Assembly: GCA_951406725.2 (NCBI GenBank)
Contig: OX597821.1
Coordinates: 89,404,001-89,468,000, forward strand
Origin: Octopus vulgaris
Lineage: Eukaryota
Direction: 5' to 3'
Length of the DNA: 64,000 nt
Shown: one piece after another, positions 12,960-25,401 of the stretch
How the letters are laid out: each line of letters begins with the position of its first letter
Position numbering within the stretch: the stretch's first letter is position 1
Program-made: the position numbers and the translations under genes
The notes under the pieces: generated by a model
Told to the model about the DNA's origin: nothing
Seen by the model: only the letters and a program-made list of their open reading frames with translations
Database searches by the model: none

Positions 12960-13431
12960 ATACACAAGCACATGAGAAACAAAACAATTTGAGCAAACAC
13001 ATTCTAAGTGGGAGTTATTTTGATGTATGCCAAAACATAAATATACGATATATCTATAGATATACACCATCATATTTATTTATGTATAATATACATTTTT
13101 TATGTAAAAACATCATGTGTTTTCCATACTGTTGACTTTACAGTAGGTGCATTTTCATACCCTCGTACAGTTAAAGTTCAAAGGTAATTTTTGAATTTTT
13201 ATTTTTATTCTTATTTGGTTTGATAAGATTCTTCAGTATATATTCTACTGCATTTATAATAGCTCTGACTAAACTCCCCTTTTTATCTATGCATTTTAAT
13301 ACAAAAGAAAAGACAGTGTGTGATTTTAAGTGAGGCAATGTTTTCTCTAAATTTTAGTAGTCAATGCGTGCAAAAAGTCTTATGTTGTGCAAATTTTTTT
13401 TACTGTCTCAAAAGTATGTGGGCACTGAATA

Positions 13432-13853
13432 CTCTCTCTCTCTTTTACTCTTTTACATGTTTCAGTCATTTGACTGCGGCCATGCTGGAGCACCGCCTTT
13501 AGTCGAGCAACCCGACCCCGGGACTTATTCTTTGTAAGCCCAGTACTTATTCTATCGGTCTCTTTTTGCCGAACCGCGAACTGACGGGGACGTAAACACA
13601 CCAGCATCGGTTGTCAAGCAATGCTAGGGGTGACAAACACAGACACACAAACACATACACATACATATACATATACATATATATACATATATACAACGTG
13701 CTTCTTTCAGTTTCCGTCTACCAAATCCACTCACAAGGCATTGGTCGGCCCGGGGCTATCGCCGAAGACCCTTGCCCAAGATGCCACGCAGTGGGACTGA
13801 ACCTGGAACCATGTGGTTGGTTAGCAAGCTACTTACCACACAGCCACTCCTGC
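13432..13853 (-). mobile_element. SINE family B flanked by a 142-bp direct duplication
   Basis: Full-length copy. 13290-13431 is repeated at 13851-13992. Confidence 0.92.
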
Positions 13854-14274
13854 ATTTTAATACAAAAGAAAAGACAGTGTGTGATTTAAGTGAGGCAATG
13901 TTTTCTCTAAATTTTCGTAGTCAATGAGTGCAAAAAGTCTTATGTTGTGCAAATTTTTTTTTCCTGTGTCAAATGTATGTGGGCACTGAATATATATAAA
14001 TATTATCATTTATTACTCTATTATTTTAAGCAACAAACCTTTTATGCACGAATTAATTTCTTTTGCTCAAGTTAATCTATTTTGTCTACTAGCTGCAAAA
14101 CATATATATGTACATGTGCACAGCTTAGAGGGAACTGGTTTTTCATTGTTTTCATATAGATGCCCATTATATCTATGCCTGAGAAGGAATTACAAACAAA
14201 GGAATTAAGTGTGTGCATGAACATATATAGATGTGTATGTGTGCGTGCACTGTATACAAATATATGTACATATA

Positions 14275-14449
14275 CAGGAGTGGCTGTGTGGTAAGTAGCT
14301 TGCTAACCAACCACATGGTTCCGGGTACAGTCCCACTGCGTGGCATCTTGGGCAAGTGTCTTCTGCTATAGCCCCGGGCCGACCAATGCCTTGTGAGTGG
14401 ATTTGGTAGACGGAAACTGAAAGAAGCCTGCCGTATATATGTATATGTG

Positions 14450-14503
<54 letters not shown>

Positions 14504-15027
14504 TGTGTGTGTTTGTGTGTCTGTCCCCCTAGCATTGCTTGACAACCGATGCTGTTGTGTTTACATCCCCGTCACTTAGCGGTTCGGTAAAAGATACCGA
14601 TAGAATAAGTACTGGGCTTACAAAGAGTGGCTGCGTGGTAAGTAGCTTGCTAACCAACCACATGGTTCCAGGTTCAGTCCCACTGCGTGGCATCTTGGGC
14701 AAGGGTCTTCGGCGATAGCCCCGGGCCGACCAATGCCTTGGGAGTGGATTTGGTAGACGGAAACTGAAAGAAGCACGTTGTATATATGTATATATATGTA
14801 TATGTATGTGTATGTGTTTGTGTGTCTGTGTTTGTCACCCCTAGCATTGCTTGACAACCGATGCTGGTGTGTTTACGTCCCCGTCAGTTCGCGGTTCGGC
14901 AAAAAGAGACCGATAGAATAAGTACTGGGCTTACAAAGAATAAGTCCCGGGGTCGATTTGATCGACTAAAGGCGGTGCTCCAGCTTGGCCGCAGTCAAAT
15001 GACTGAAACAAGTAAAAGTAAAAGAAT
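14275..15027 (+). mobile_element. Composite of two head-to-tail family B SINE segments
   Basis: First copy breaks at CTTACAAAGA (~14624) and a second head starts immediately. Confidence 0.9.
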
Positions 15028-15480
15028 GTATGTGTGTATGTCTGCTGTGTGTGTATGTTTGTACCTTCATTTGAAGTTGAGTCACTGTGCTGCTACTCAG
15101 AATTTCTGACAAATCTTTCTGCTTTTCTGTTATTGCCTGTAAACAGGAAATACTGAATACTGGAGTTAGGGTACATATTCTTTAAGGAAATTCAAGTCAA
15201 ATTTTTTTTGTGGGGGGGACTTAGGGTACATGTTGACAGCCTATGAATAATAGTTCTTCCTACTATAAGCACCTGGTTTGAAATTTGTTGTGTGGGGGCT
15301 GCACAGTTACGTTGGACCCCAGTGTTCAAATGCTTCTTATTTCATTGACCTTGAAAGAATAGAAAGCAAAATTGACCCAGGTGGAATTTGAATTTAGAAT
15401 GTAAAACCAGAAGTATTGCTACTGCCACTAAGCATTTTGCCGGTTATGCTAATGATTCTGCCTTCTCACTCCATCACACT

Positions 15481-15693
15481 TACTCTTTACTCTTTACTCT
15501 TTTACTTGTTTCAGTCGTTTGACTGCGGCCATGCTGGAGCATCACCTTTTAGTCAAGCAACTCGACCCCCAGGACTTATTCTTTTGTAAGCCTAGTACTT
15601 ATTCTATCAGTCTCTTTTGCCGAACCGCTAAGTAACGGGGACGTAAACACACCAGCATCGGTTGTCAAGCAATGCTAGGGGGACAAACACACA

Positions 15694-15741
<48 letters not shown>

Positions 15742-15911
15742 GACATACATACAACGGGCTTCTTTGAGTTTCCGTCTAACAAATCTACTCACAGGGCTTT
15801 GGACGGCCCGAGGCTATAGTAGAAGATACTTGCCCAAGGTGCCACGCAATGGGACTGTACCTGGAACCATGTGGTGGTAAACAAGCTACTTACCACACAG
15901 CCACTCCTGCG
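15481..15911 (-). mobile_element. SINE family B
   Basis: Full-length match to the family. Confidence 0.9.
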
Positions 15912-16134
15912 TTTATGAATAATAATAATGGGCTTATTGTATACGGTGCTCAAAGCTCAAAAACTGACTGGAAAAAGCAACAAAATGGAACTGAAAGCAG
16001 CAATTAGTCAAATAAAAGAAGACAGCTATAATAAACATAACTGTATGCCCGATGAACCGAAAAAAGACAACATGTCAGACAAGGGTTCAGTAAAAGATTC
16101 ATAAATGGAAAGGGCTGCAATAAGAAAATAGTCA

Positions 16135-16293
16135 CTGGAGTGGCTCTGTGGCAAGAAGCTTGCTTCACAGCCACATGGTTCCAGGTTCAGTACGACTGTG
16201 TGGCACCTTGAGCAAATGTCTTCTACTATAGCCTCGGGCTGACCAAATCTTTGTTAGTGGATTTGATAGATGGAAACTGAAAGAAGCCCACCG

Positions 16294-16333
<40 letters not shown>

Positions 16334-16558
16334 TGTGCATGTGTGTGTGTGCATGCATACTTGTGTGTCTGTGTTTGTTCCCCCACCATCGCCAGGAAAC
16401 CAATGTTGATGTGTTTAGATCCATATAGCTTAGTGGTTTGGCAAAACAGATTGATAGAATAAGTACCAGGTTTACAATAAACATATCCTGGGGGTAAATT
16501 AGTTTGACAAAAGGCAGTGCTTCAACATGGCCACAGTGAAATGATTGAAACAAAAGAA
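16135..16558 (+). mobile_element. SINE family B (older)
   Basis: Full-length diverged match. Confidence 0.85.
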
Positions 16559-17299
16559 TGTTGGTGAATTTCAAGAAGCATGGTATTACTGAAGGATGCA
16601 ATGTCCTGATAGCTAACAAATGATGCCAGTAGTTTATTCAATGCTTTCAAAATTCTGTGCATGATAAAATGTGTTGTGCTATTCTCTGATTTTATAAGCT
16701 TGTCCACACATGGTAGAGATGTTGAATCTGAAGGTTAGCAGGGATGTTGTTGGGAAATATGATGGATAATCTTATAGGATTCTACCAAGTCAGTCACTAA
16801 ACATCAAAACTTCAATGAGAATCAAGATGTTTAAGATATCAAGATAGCTGGGTTCAGTCCCACTGCATAGCACCTTGGGCAAGTGTTTTCTACTGTAGCC
16901 TCGGGCCGACCAAAGCCTTGTGAGTTGATATGGCAGGCGGAAACTGAAAGAAGCCTGTCATATATATGTATATATATATGTGTGTTGATTTTATAAGTTT
17001 GTCCACACATGGTAGAGATGTTGAATCTGAAGGTTAGCAGGGATGTTGTTGGGAAATATGATGGATAATCTTATAGGATTCTACCAAGTCAGTCACTAAA
17101 CATCAAAACTTCAATGAGAATCAAGATGTTTAAGATATCAAGATAGCTGGGTTCAGTCCCACTGCATAGCACCTTGGGCAAGTGTTTTCTACTGTAGCCT
17201 CGGGCCGACCAAAGCCTTGTGAGTTGATATGGCAGGCGGAAACTGAAAGAAGCCTGTCATATATATGTATATATATATGTGTGTATGTATGTATGTATG

Positions 17300-17382
<83 letters not shown>

Positions 17383-17985
17383 GTTTCTATATGTTTGTGT
17401 GTCTGTGTTTGTCTCTCCAACATCGCATGACAACTGATGCTGGTGTGTTTACGTCCCCGTAACTTAGCGGTTCGGCAAAAGAGACTGATAGAATAAGTAC
17501 TAGGCTTACAAAGAACAAGTCCTGGGGGTCGATTTCCTCGACTAAAGGCGGTGCTCCAGCATGGCCACAGTCAAATGACTGAAACAAATAAAAGAGTAAA
17601 AGAGTAAAGAGATATGGTAAGTGACTGAGAGATGGTATTTGTCTGGGTGCACATCACCAGACAGCTTCTTGTAAATTGACATGCTGAATAACTTGAGGTT
17701 TCTGGACTGGAAATGCAAACAACAAACGTAGATGTATAGCATAGCCAGATAACTGTGTGAGCAGCTGACAAAGAGCTTCTGGAGTGATAATAAAATTTCT
17801 TCAACTTTTGATAAGTTTTTAGAAATGTGGTTCATCCAACAAAGATTATTGTCGATAATGATGTCTAGATCACATTCACTAGCTGACTTCTTAAAGTTGG
17901 TGTCGTGAAAAGAGTAGGTAGATTCTGACATTTTACACTGAAGACACAGTTTGGTGCACTTGCATAGTCAGCTTGAGCTGTCAGT
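16559..17985 (-). pseudogene. CR1/L2-type LINE ORF2 C-terminal fragment, interrupted by a SINE B and a local duplication
   Basis: Minus strand SECDLDIIIDNNLCWMNHIS..KVEEILLSLQKLF (cf. ERDLGV..D..L.W..HI) and TDLVESYKII...GQAYKI...ALNKLLASFV (cf. DL...YKI...RGH..KL...WN.LP). Probable 3' UTR with (TTA)n tail at ~15916-16134. Confidence 0.7.
17147..17610 (+). mobile_element. SINE family B (5' truncated)
   Basis: Starts at the B box; its 5' part is duplicated at 16848-16985. Confidence 0.88.
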
Positions 17986-18139
17986 CGATATATAATAATA
18001 ATAATGAAAGAGATTGTTGCATACGGTGCTTAGGTGCACTACAACTATTATAATATGTGAGTGTGTGTGTATATATGTGTGTGTGAGTGTGTGTGTGTGT
18101 GTGTGCATGTATATGTATATGTGTATATATATATCTATA

Positions 18140-18550
18140 TTCTTTTTCTTTTTCTTTTTACTTGTTTCAGTCATTTTTGACTGTGGCCATGCTGGAGCAC
18201 CACCTTTAATCGAGCAACTCGACCCCGGGACTTATTCTTTGTAAGCCCAGTACTTATTCTATCGGTCTCTTTTGCCAAACCGCTAAGTGACGGGGACATA
18301 AACACACCAGCATCGGTTGTCAAGCAATGCTAGGGGGACAAACACAGACACACACACACACACACATAAACATATATATACATATATACGACGGGCTTCT
18401 TTCAGTTTCCATCTACCAAATCCACTCACAAGGCATTGGTCAGCCCGAGGCTATAGCAGAAGACACTTGCCCAAGATGCCATGCACTTGGACTGAACCCG
18501 GAACCATGTGATTGGTAAACAAGCTACTTACCACACAGCCACTCCTGCAC
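18140..18550 (-). mobile_element. SINE family B
   Basis: Full-length match. Confidence 0.9.
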
Positions 18551-18745
18551 CTATATATATGTATCTTTTATCTTTTATTTTTTACTGGTTTCAGCCCAGG
18601 GCTGAGGTCATGTTGGTGCAGCACCTGTAGTTATTTGGTGTTGTTTCTGACATCGTTTTTGGTGAAATAGCGAGTTGAATGGAGATTCTCTTCTTTGCAT
18701 CTCCTGCAGTGATGTGGGTACATCTGGTATCTCAGAAAGAAATAA

Positions 18746-18980
18746 GGTGGCAAGCTTGCAGAAATGCTAGCACACTGGACGAAATGCTTAGAGGTATTTC
18801 GTCTGCCATTACGTTCTGAGTTCAAATTCCGCTGAGGTCGACTTTGCCTTTCATCCTTTTGGGGTCATATAAATTAAGTACCAGTTACACACTGGAATCG
18901 ATGCAATCAACTTAATCCCTTTTTCTGTCCTTGTTTGTCCCCTCTACGTTTAGCCCCTTGTGGGCAATAAAGAAATAAGA
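18746..18980 (+). mobile_element. SINE family A
   Basis: Head, core and AATAAAGAAATA tail. Confidence 0.88.
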
Positions 18981-19037
18981 AAGAATCATGTCCAGATGTT
19001 CCTTGAAAACTTCCACATCTACACCATGTAAGGTTGC

Positions 19038-19245
19038 TTATTCTTTCACTTGTTTCAGTCATTTGAATGTGGCCATACTGGAGCACCACTTTTAGTCGGA
19101 ACGTCGACTCCAGGACTTATACTTTGTAAGCCTAGTACTTATTCTATAAGTCTCACTTGCTGAACTGGTAAGTTATGAGGACATAAACACACCAACATCA
19201 GTTGTCCAGCGATGGAGGAGAGACAAACACTGAAGCACAAATATG

Positions 19246-19308
<63 letters not shown>

Positions 19309-19325
19309 GATGGGCTTCTTTCAGC
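19038..19325 (-). mobile_element. SINE family B 3' half
   Basis: Match to the family tail and (CA)n. Confidence 0.82.
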
Positions 19326-19799
19326 CCCACACAACAAATTTCAAACCAGGTACATTCACAGGTATGTAGTGATAATGATGATGAGGCAGGTAATAAAGGA
19401 ATTGATGGAACTGAAATATGGTAATAGGTGAAGATGATGGTAGTAATGAAAAGGAAAGTTATATATTGGAAGATTTCTCAAGAATACCTTCTTCGCATTA
19501 AACTTATCATTAAATGCAAGCTTGCACTCATCAGATGTTGAACCAAAAGTAAATTTTAATCAATTGAAATAATAATTGTAATGAGAGGAAATGTTAATTA
19601 GTGTTAATGAAAATTAAACTCAAAAAGGGCAAGGGAGAGAAATCTTCAAATTAAGCATAATCTCTCAGCTGTCAGTATGAATTTCTCTCCCTGATACTAC
19701 CTTCCTACCTGAAACTGTTTACATTCTCTGGTCAATATTTACCTGTCCTGTTTACCAAACCATTATTATTGTTACCAAAAGCATTACACCACTAAATGC

Positions 19800-20420
19800 A
19801 TTTATTGGCAGCACCATCAACTATTACAACTTTGGATTTTGCTCTCTTCATCACCGCTGCAATCTCTATTATCATCATCATCATTGCCAATACCACCACC
19901 ACTACTACTACCATGACAACTGCTACTACCACAGTCATGACTGCAATCAACCTTGGCCTTCACCCCTCCATCATTAGAACCCCCTCCATTCCCACCGTCA
20001 CCACCACAAGTAATAATGCCACCTACATCAATACTAGCACCACCACTACCACTACCATTACAACCACCACCACCACCACCACCACCACCACAATCTAACT
20101 ATACCATCATCCTCATTATCATCTCCCTACACCAGTACCATTGTTATCACTGCATACAGAGTACCACTACCATCATCACAACCACCACCACACCACTACC
20201 ACCACCACCACCACCACCACCATTACAGTTACCACAATCCCTATCACTAGGACCATCGCCTCCCACCATTACCAGCAATATTACTACTGCTACCATTACC
20301 AACGCCAACACCACTACCACCACCACCACCACCACCACCACCACTATCATTGCTGCTGCCACGATCACCATTGTCGCCACCAGTATGGCCACTACTGCCA
20401 CCACTGCCACCACCTCCATT
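19800..20420. repeat. Cryptic (ACC/ACT)n trinucleotide region
   Basis: Direct inspection. Confidence 0.85.
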
Positions 20421-20880
20421 ACAATCTCAATGATACAGTCAGTGCTTGGTATATAATCATTATCGAAGTGAATTTAATATTCAGATTACTTAGTTGGGTC
20501 AAATGTTACAATAAATCACTTTAGCAACTGTAAACCTACAGCATTGGCATCTGTCTTGACTCCGGTGCCAACTATTTGTGATTCTGCTGCTTTCAGACCA
20601 AACCAATTTCAATACTATTTATACTGATAATGATGATGACGATGATGATGATGATGGTGGTGGTGGTGGCGGTGGTGGCGGCTGCGGTGGTTGGCAATGG
20701 TAATGATGATAATGGTCAAGATGACATTGCTAATGGTAGTAATGATGACTGGAAAGATTGTGGATGTAAAATGGTTGTGCTTTCACTATGATTCAGATCT
20801 AATACCATTTCTATGTCATCATATGTCTGTAAAAGATGTTATCCCATCTGTTTATGTCACATAGGTAGAGTTATTATCCT

Positions 20881-22561
20881 ATAATGTATGTGACATTTTC
20901 ATGTAAAGAAAGTATCTCATCTGCTATGCAGTATATGCAGAGATATTCTCTTATGATCCATGTGACATTTTCATTTAAAGAAAGTATCTCATCTGCTATG
21001 CAGTATATGTAGAGATATTCTCTTATGATCTATGTGACATTTTCATGTAAAGAAAGTATCTCATCTGCTATGCAGTATATGCAGAGATATTCTCTTATGA
21101 TCCGTGTGACATTTTCATATAAAGAAAGTATCTCATCTGCTATGCAGTATATGCAGAGATATTCTCTTATGATCCATGTGACATTTTCATGTAAAGAAAG
21201 TATCTCATCTGCTATGCAGTATATGCAGAGATATTCTCTTATGATCCGTGTGACATTTTCATGTAAAGAAAGTATCTCATCTGCTATGCAGTATATGCAG
21301 ATATATTCTCTTATGATCCGTGTGACATTTTCATGTAAAGAAAGTATCTCATCTGCTATGCAGTATATGCAGAGATATTCTCTTATGATCCATGTGACAT
21401 TTTCATGTAAAGAAAGTATCTCATCTGCTATGCAGTATATGCAGAGATATTCTCTTATGATCCGTGTGACATTTTCATGTAAAGAAAGTATCTCATCTGC
21501 TATGCAGTATATGCAGAGATATTCTCTTATGATCCGTGTGACATTTTCATGTAAAGAAAGTATCTCGTCTGCTATGCAGTATATGCAGAGATATTCTCTT
21601 ATGATCCATGTGACATTTTCATGTAAAGAAAGTATCTCATCTGCTATGCAGTATATGCAGAGATATTCTCTTACGATCCATGTGACATTTTCATGTAAAG
21701 AAAGTATCTCATCTGCTATGCAGTATATGCAGAGATATTCTCTTATGATCCGTGTGACATTTTCATGTAAAGAAAGTATCTCATCTGCTATGCAGTATAT
21801 GCAGAGATATTCTCTTACGATCCATGTGACATTTTCATATAAAGAAAGTATCTCATCTGCTATGCAGTATATGCAGAGATATTCTCTTATGATCCATGTG
21901 ACATTTTCATGTAAAGAAAGTATCTCATCTGCTATGCAGTATATGCAGAGATATTCTCTTATGATCCATGTGACATTTTCATGTAAAGAAAATATCTCAT
22001 CTGCTATGCAGTATATGCAGAGATATTCTCTTGTGATCCGTGTGACATTTTCATGTAAAGAAAGTATCTCATCTGCTATGCAGTATATGCAGAGATATTC
22101 TCTTATGATCCATGTGACATTTTCATGTAAAGAAAGTATCTCATCTGCTATGCAGTATATGCAGAGATATTCTCTTATGATCTGTGTGACATTTTCATGT
22201 AAAGAAAGTATCTCATCTGCTTTGCAGTATATGCAGAGATATTCTCTTATGATCTGTGTGACATTTTCATGTAAAGAAAGTATCTCATCTGCTTTGCAGT
22301 ATATGCAGAGATATTCTCTTATGATCTGTGTGACATTTTCATGTAAAGAAAGTATCTCATCTGCTTTGCAGTATATGCAGAGATATTCTCTTATGATCTG
22401 TGTGACATTTTCATGTAATGAAAGTATTTCATCTGCTATGCAGTATATGCAGAGATATTCTCTTATGTTCCATGTGACATTTTCATTTAAAGAAAGTACC
22501 TCATCTGCTTTGCAGTATATGCAGAGATATTCTCTTATGATCCATGTGACATTTTCATGTA
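20881..22561. repeat. 72-bp tandem array, 23 full units plus a partial unit, no indels
   Basis: Unit ATGATCCATGTGACATTTTCATGTAAAGAAAGTATCTCATCTGCTATGCAGTATATGCAGAGATATTCTCTT starting at 20881, 20953, 21025 ... 22537. Confidence 0.97.
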
Positions 22562-23091
22562 CAGCTGTTATCTTATTGGTTTATGCAACATTAATTAGGT
22601 TCTCTTATGTCTCTTCCCTTCTGTCTGTGTGATATCCTTATATAAAATTGTTACCCCACTGGCTTTGTAACACATACAATGGGTTTACCTCACAGGTTAT
22701 GTGCTGTTTTGATGGAATGACAATATCCCACCTGCTATTTAACAAAGTTAACGACTTCATCTGATTGCTTCAGTGACATTTTCGCATAAACATATAAGTC
22801 CATTAGCATTTCAAGTGACCATATCTGGCCAAAATATTTTCCCTGTTCTATGTTAACACTGCCCGTAGTCATTATTGTTGTTGTCGTTGTCATCGTTGTC
22901 ATCCACCTTCCAGGTTGGCATGGGTTGGATAGTTTGACAGGAGTTGGCCAGGCAGAAGCCTGCACCAGACTTCTGTGTCTGTTTTGGCAGGGTTTTTACA
23001 GCTGGATGCCCTTCCTAAAACCAACCACTAAGCAGAGAGGACTCATTCGAAAAATCAATAATGATTTCATAAAAGTCTCAAAGCTGCAATA

Positions 23092-23582
23092 TACTCTTTA
23101 CTCTTTTACTTGTTTCAGTCATTTGACTGTGGCCATGCTGGAGCATCACCTTTAGTCAAGCAAATAGACCCCAGGACTTATTCTTTGGAAGCCTAGTACT
23201 TATTAAATTAGTCTCTTTTGTCGAACCGCTAAGTTATGGGGATGTAAACACACCAGCATCAGTTGTCAAGCGATGTTGGGGTGGGGAACAAACACAGACA
23301 CATAAACATATACACACACGGTGCAGCCTCCTGGCTTCCCAGACCCCGGTCAAACTGTCCAACCCGTGCTAGCACGGAAAACGGACGTTAAACGATGATG
23401 ATGATGATGATGATGATGATACGATGGGCTTCTTTCAGTTTCCATCTACCAAATCCAAATCTACTCACAAAGCTTTGGTCTGCCCGAGGCTATAGAAGAA
23501 GACACTTGCCCAAGGTGCCACGCAGTGGGACTGAACCCAGAACCATGTGGTTCGTAAGTAAGCTACTTACGACACAGCCACT
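23092..23582 (-). mobile_element. SINE family B containing an RTE 3'-end insert (23320-23420, +)
   Basis: The two B halves are separated by CAGCC...GGACGTTAAACGATGATG. Confidence 0.85.
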
Positions 23583-24125
23583 CAAAACAACATGAATAAA
23601 TAAGTATTACTTTGACAGAATAATGTAAATGCTAAAGGATTAATGTAGATTATTGTTTCTACTAATAGGCACAAGGTCTGAATAGTTTTGGTGGGAGTAT
23701 TGGAAACCGGTCAGTTCCATTGGAACTCAGTACTCAATTGGTACTTATTTCATTGATATTAAAAGGATGAAAGGCAAAATTGACCACAGTGGATTTTAAA
23801 CTCAGGATGTAGAGATAGATGAAATGCCTGCAAGCATTTTGTCTAGCAAGCTAGTGTGTCTGGCAACCAATATTGGTGTGTTTTATGTCCCAGTAACTTA
23901 GAAGTTCAGCAAAAGAAATCGATAGAATAAGGACTAGGCTTACAAAGTGTAAGTCCTGGGGTCAATTTGTTTGACTAAAGGCGGTGCTCCAGCATGGCCA
24001 CAGTCAAATGACTGAAACAAATAAAAGAATAAAAGAATAAGTTTAAAAACATCTAATTATTAAAGTGAAAAAAATTATCAGAAAAACCATTTCTATTCAT
24101 TTTTTCAAATAGATCTATAAATATA

Positions 24126-24177
<52 letters not shown>

Positions 24178-24181
<4 letters not shown>

Positions 24182-24390
24182 ATCCGAACAAGAAAGCACA
24201 AAAAAACACAACAACGCGAGGACGTGGAACAAATATAGTATTATTGGACTCTCAGGAAAGAAGGAAAGAAGGAAAGAAGGAGGGTTTAACGTTTCGAGCA
24301 GAGCTCTTTGTTGGAAACATAGGAGAAGGAAAGATCCAGAGAAGGGAAGACAGAGGAAAGAAAATCGCCAATGGTACACACGAGGTCACA
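24178..24390 (-). mobile_element. Short (TA)n-flanked element with a hammerhead-like motif at 24284-24318 (probable Penelope-like pLTR derivative)
   Basis: Minus strand GUUU-CCAACAA-A-GAGC-UCU-GCUC-GAAA-CG-UU-AAAC. Confidence 0.6.
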
Positions 24391-24429
24391 TATATATGTA
24401 TATATGGGGGATGGACATATATGTGTAGG

Positions 24430-24870
24430 TAAGAATCACTGAAATTTGTGATCAGCCAGCACCAACTGAACATGGGTGATGCGAGTAGGCCCTGACATAA
24501 AAAGCACGTGATTGATGCCAGGCCTGCCTGACTGGCTTCCATGCTGGGGTCACGTAAGAACCACCAACCGATCATGGCCGATGCCAGTAACCCTTGACTG
24601 GCTCTTGTGCCAGTGGCATGTAAAAAGCAGTATCCGAATGTGATCAATACCAGACCCACCTGACTAGCTCCCATGCTGGTGGCACGTAAAAAACACCCAC
24701 TACACTCTCGGAGTGGTTGGCATTAGGAAGGGCATCCAGCTGTAGAACATTGCCAGACCCAGATTGGAGCCTGGTACAGCCTTCTGGCTCTCCAGACCAC
24801 AGTCAAACCATCTAACCCATGCCAGCATGGAAAACGGATGTTAAGTTAAAAGATGATGATGATGATGATG
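24430..24870 (+). mobile_element. RTE LINE 3' UTR (5' truncated) with (GAT)n tail
   Basis: Same 3' end as the RT-bearing copy at 45670-46925. Confidence 0.8.
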
Positions 24871-25029
24871 ACCCTAAAGGGATTTAAAGGCAAAATAGAC
24901 CTTTGTGGAATTTGAAATTAAAATGTAATGCCAAAAGAAATGACCTGAAGCATTCTACCATTTTCTCTGGCATGCTAACGACTCTGGCAGCTCACCATTC
25001 TTTTTGCCATATGAAACAATATTAACAAA

Positions 25030-25296
25030 CAGCAACTACTACTACTACTACTACTACTACTCCTACTACTGTTGCTAGTACTATTAGTACTACTATTGCT
25101 GCTGTTGCTACTACTACTGTTTATACTGCCACTGCTGCTGCTACTACTCCTACAACTACTGCTGCTACTGCTGCTACTACTACTCCTACTACAACTGTTG
25201 CTGTTGCCAACGCCACCACCACCACCATGACCAGTGCCGCTGCTGCCGCCACCACCGCCGCCAGCACAACCACCACTACCACTACGACTACTACTG

Positions 25297-25338
<42 letters not shown>

Positions 25339-25351
25339 TACTACTACTACT

Positions 25352-25401
<50 letters not shown>

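Noticed and set aside
20881-22561. CRISPR array
   Set aside because: No unique spacers, no cas genes, eukaryotic context
21025-22632. 535-aa ORF as a protein-coding gene or C2H2 zinc-finger array
   Set aside because: It is a 72-bp tandem repeat with no recognisable domain; C2H2 arrays have 84-bp units with TGEKP linkers; an in-frame stop occurs in the preceding unit
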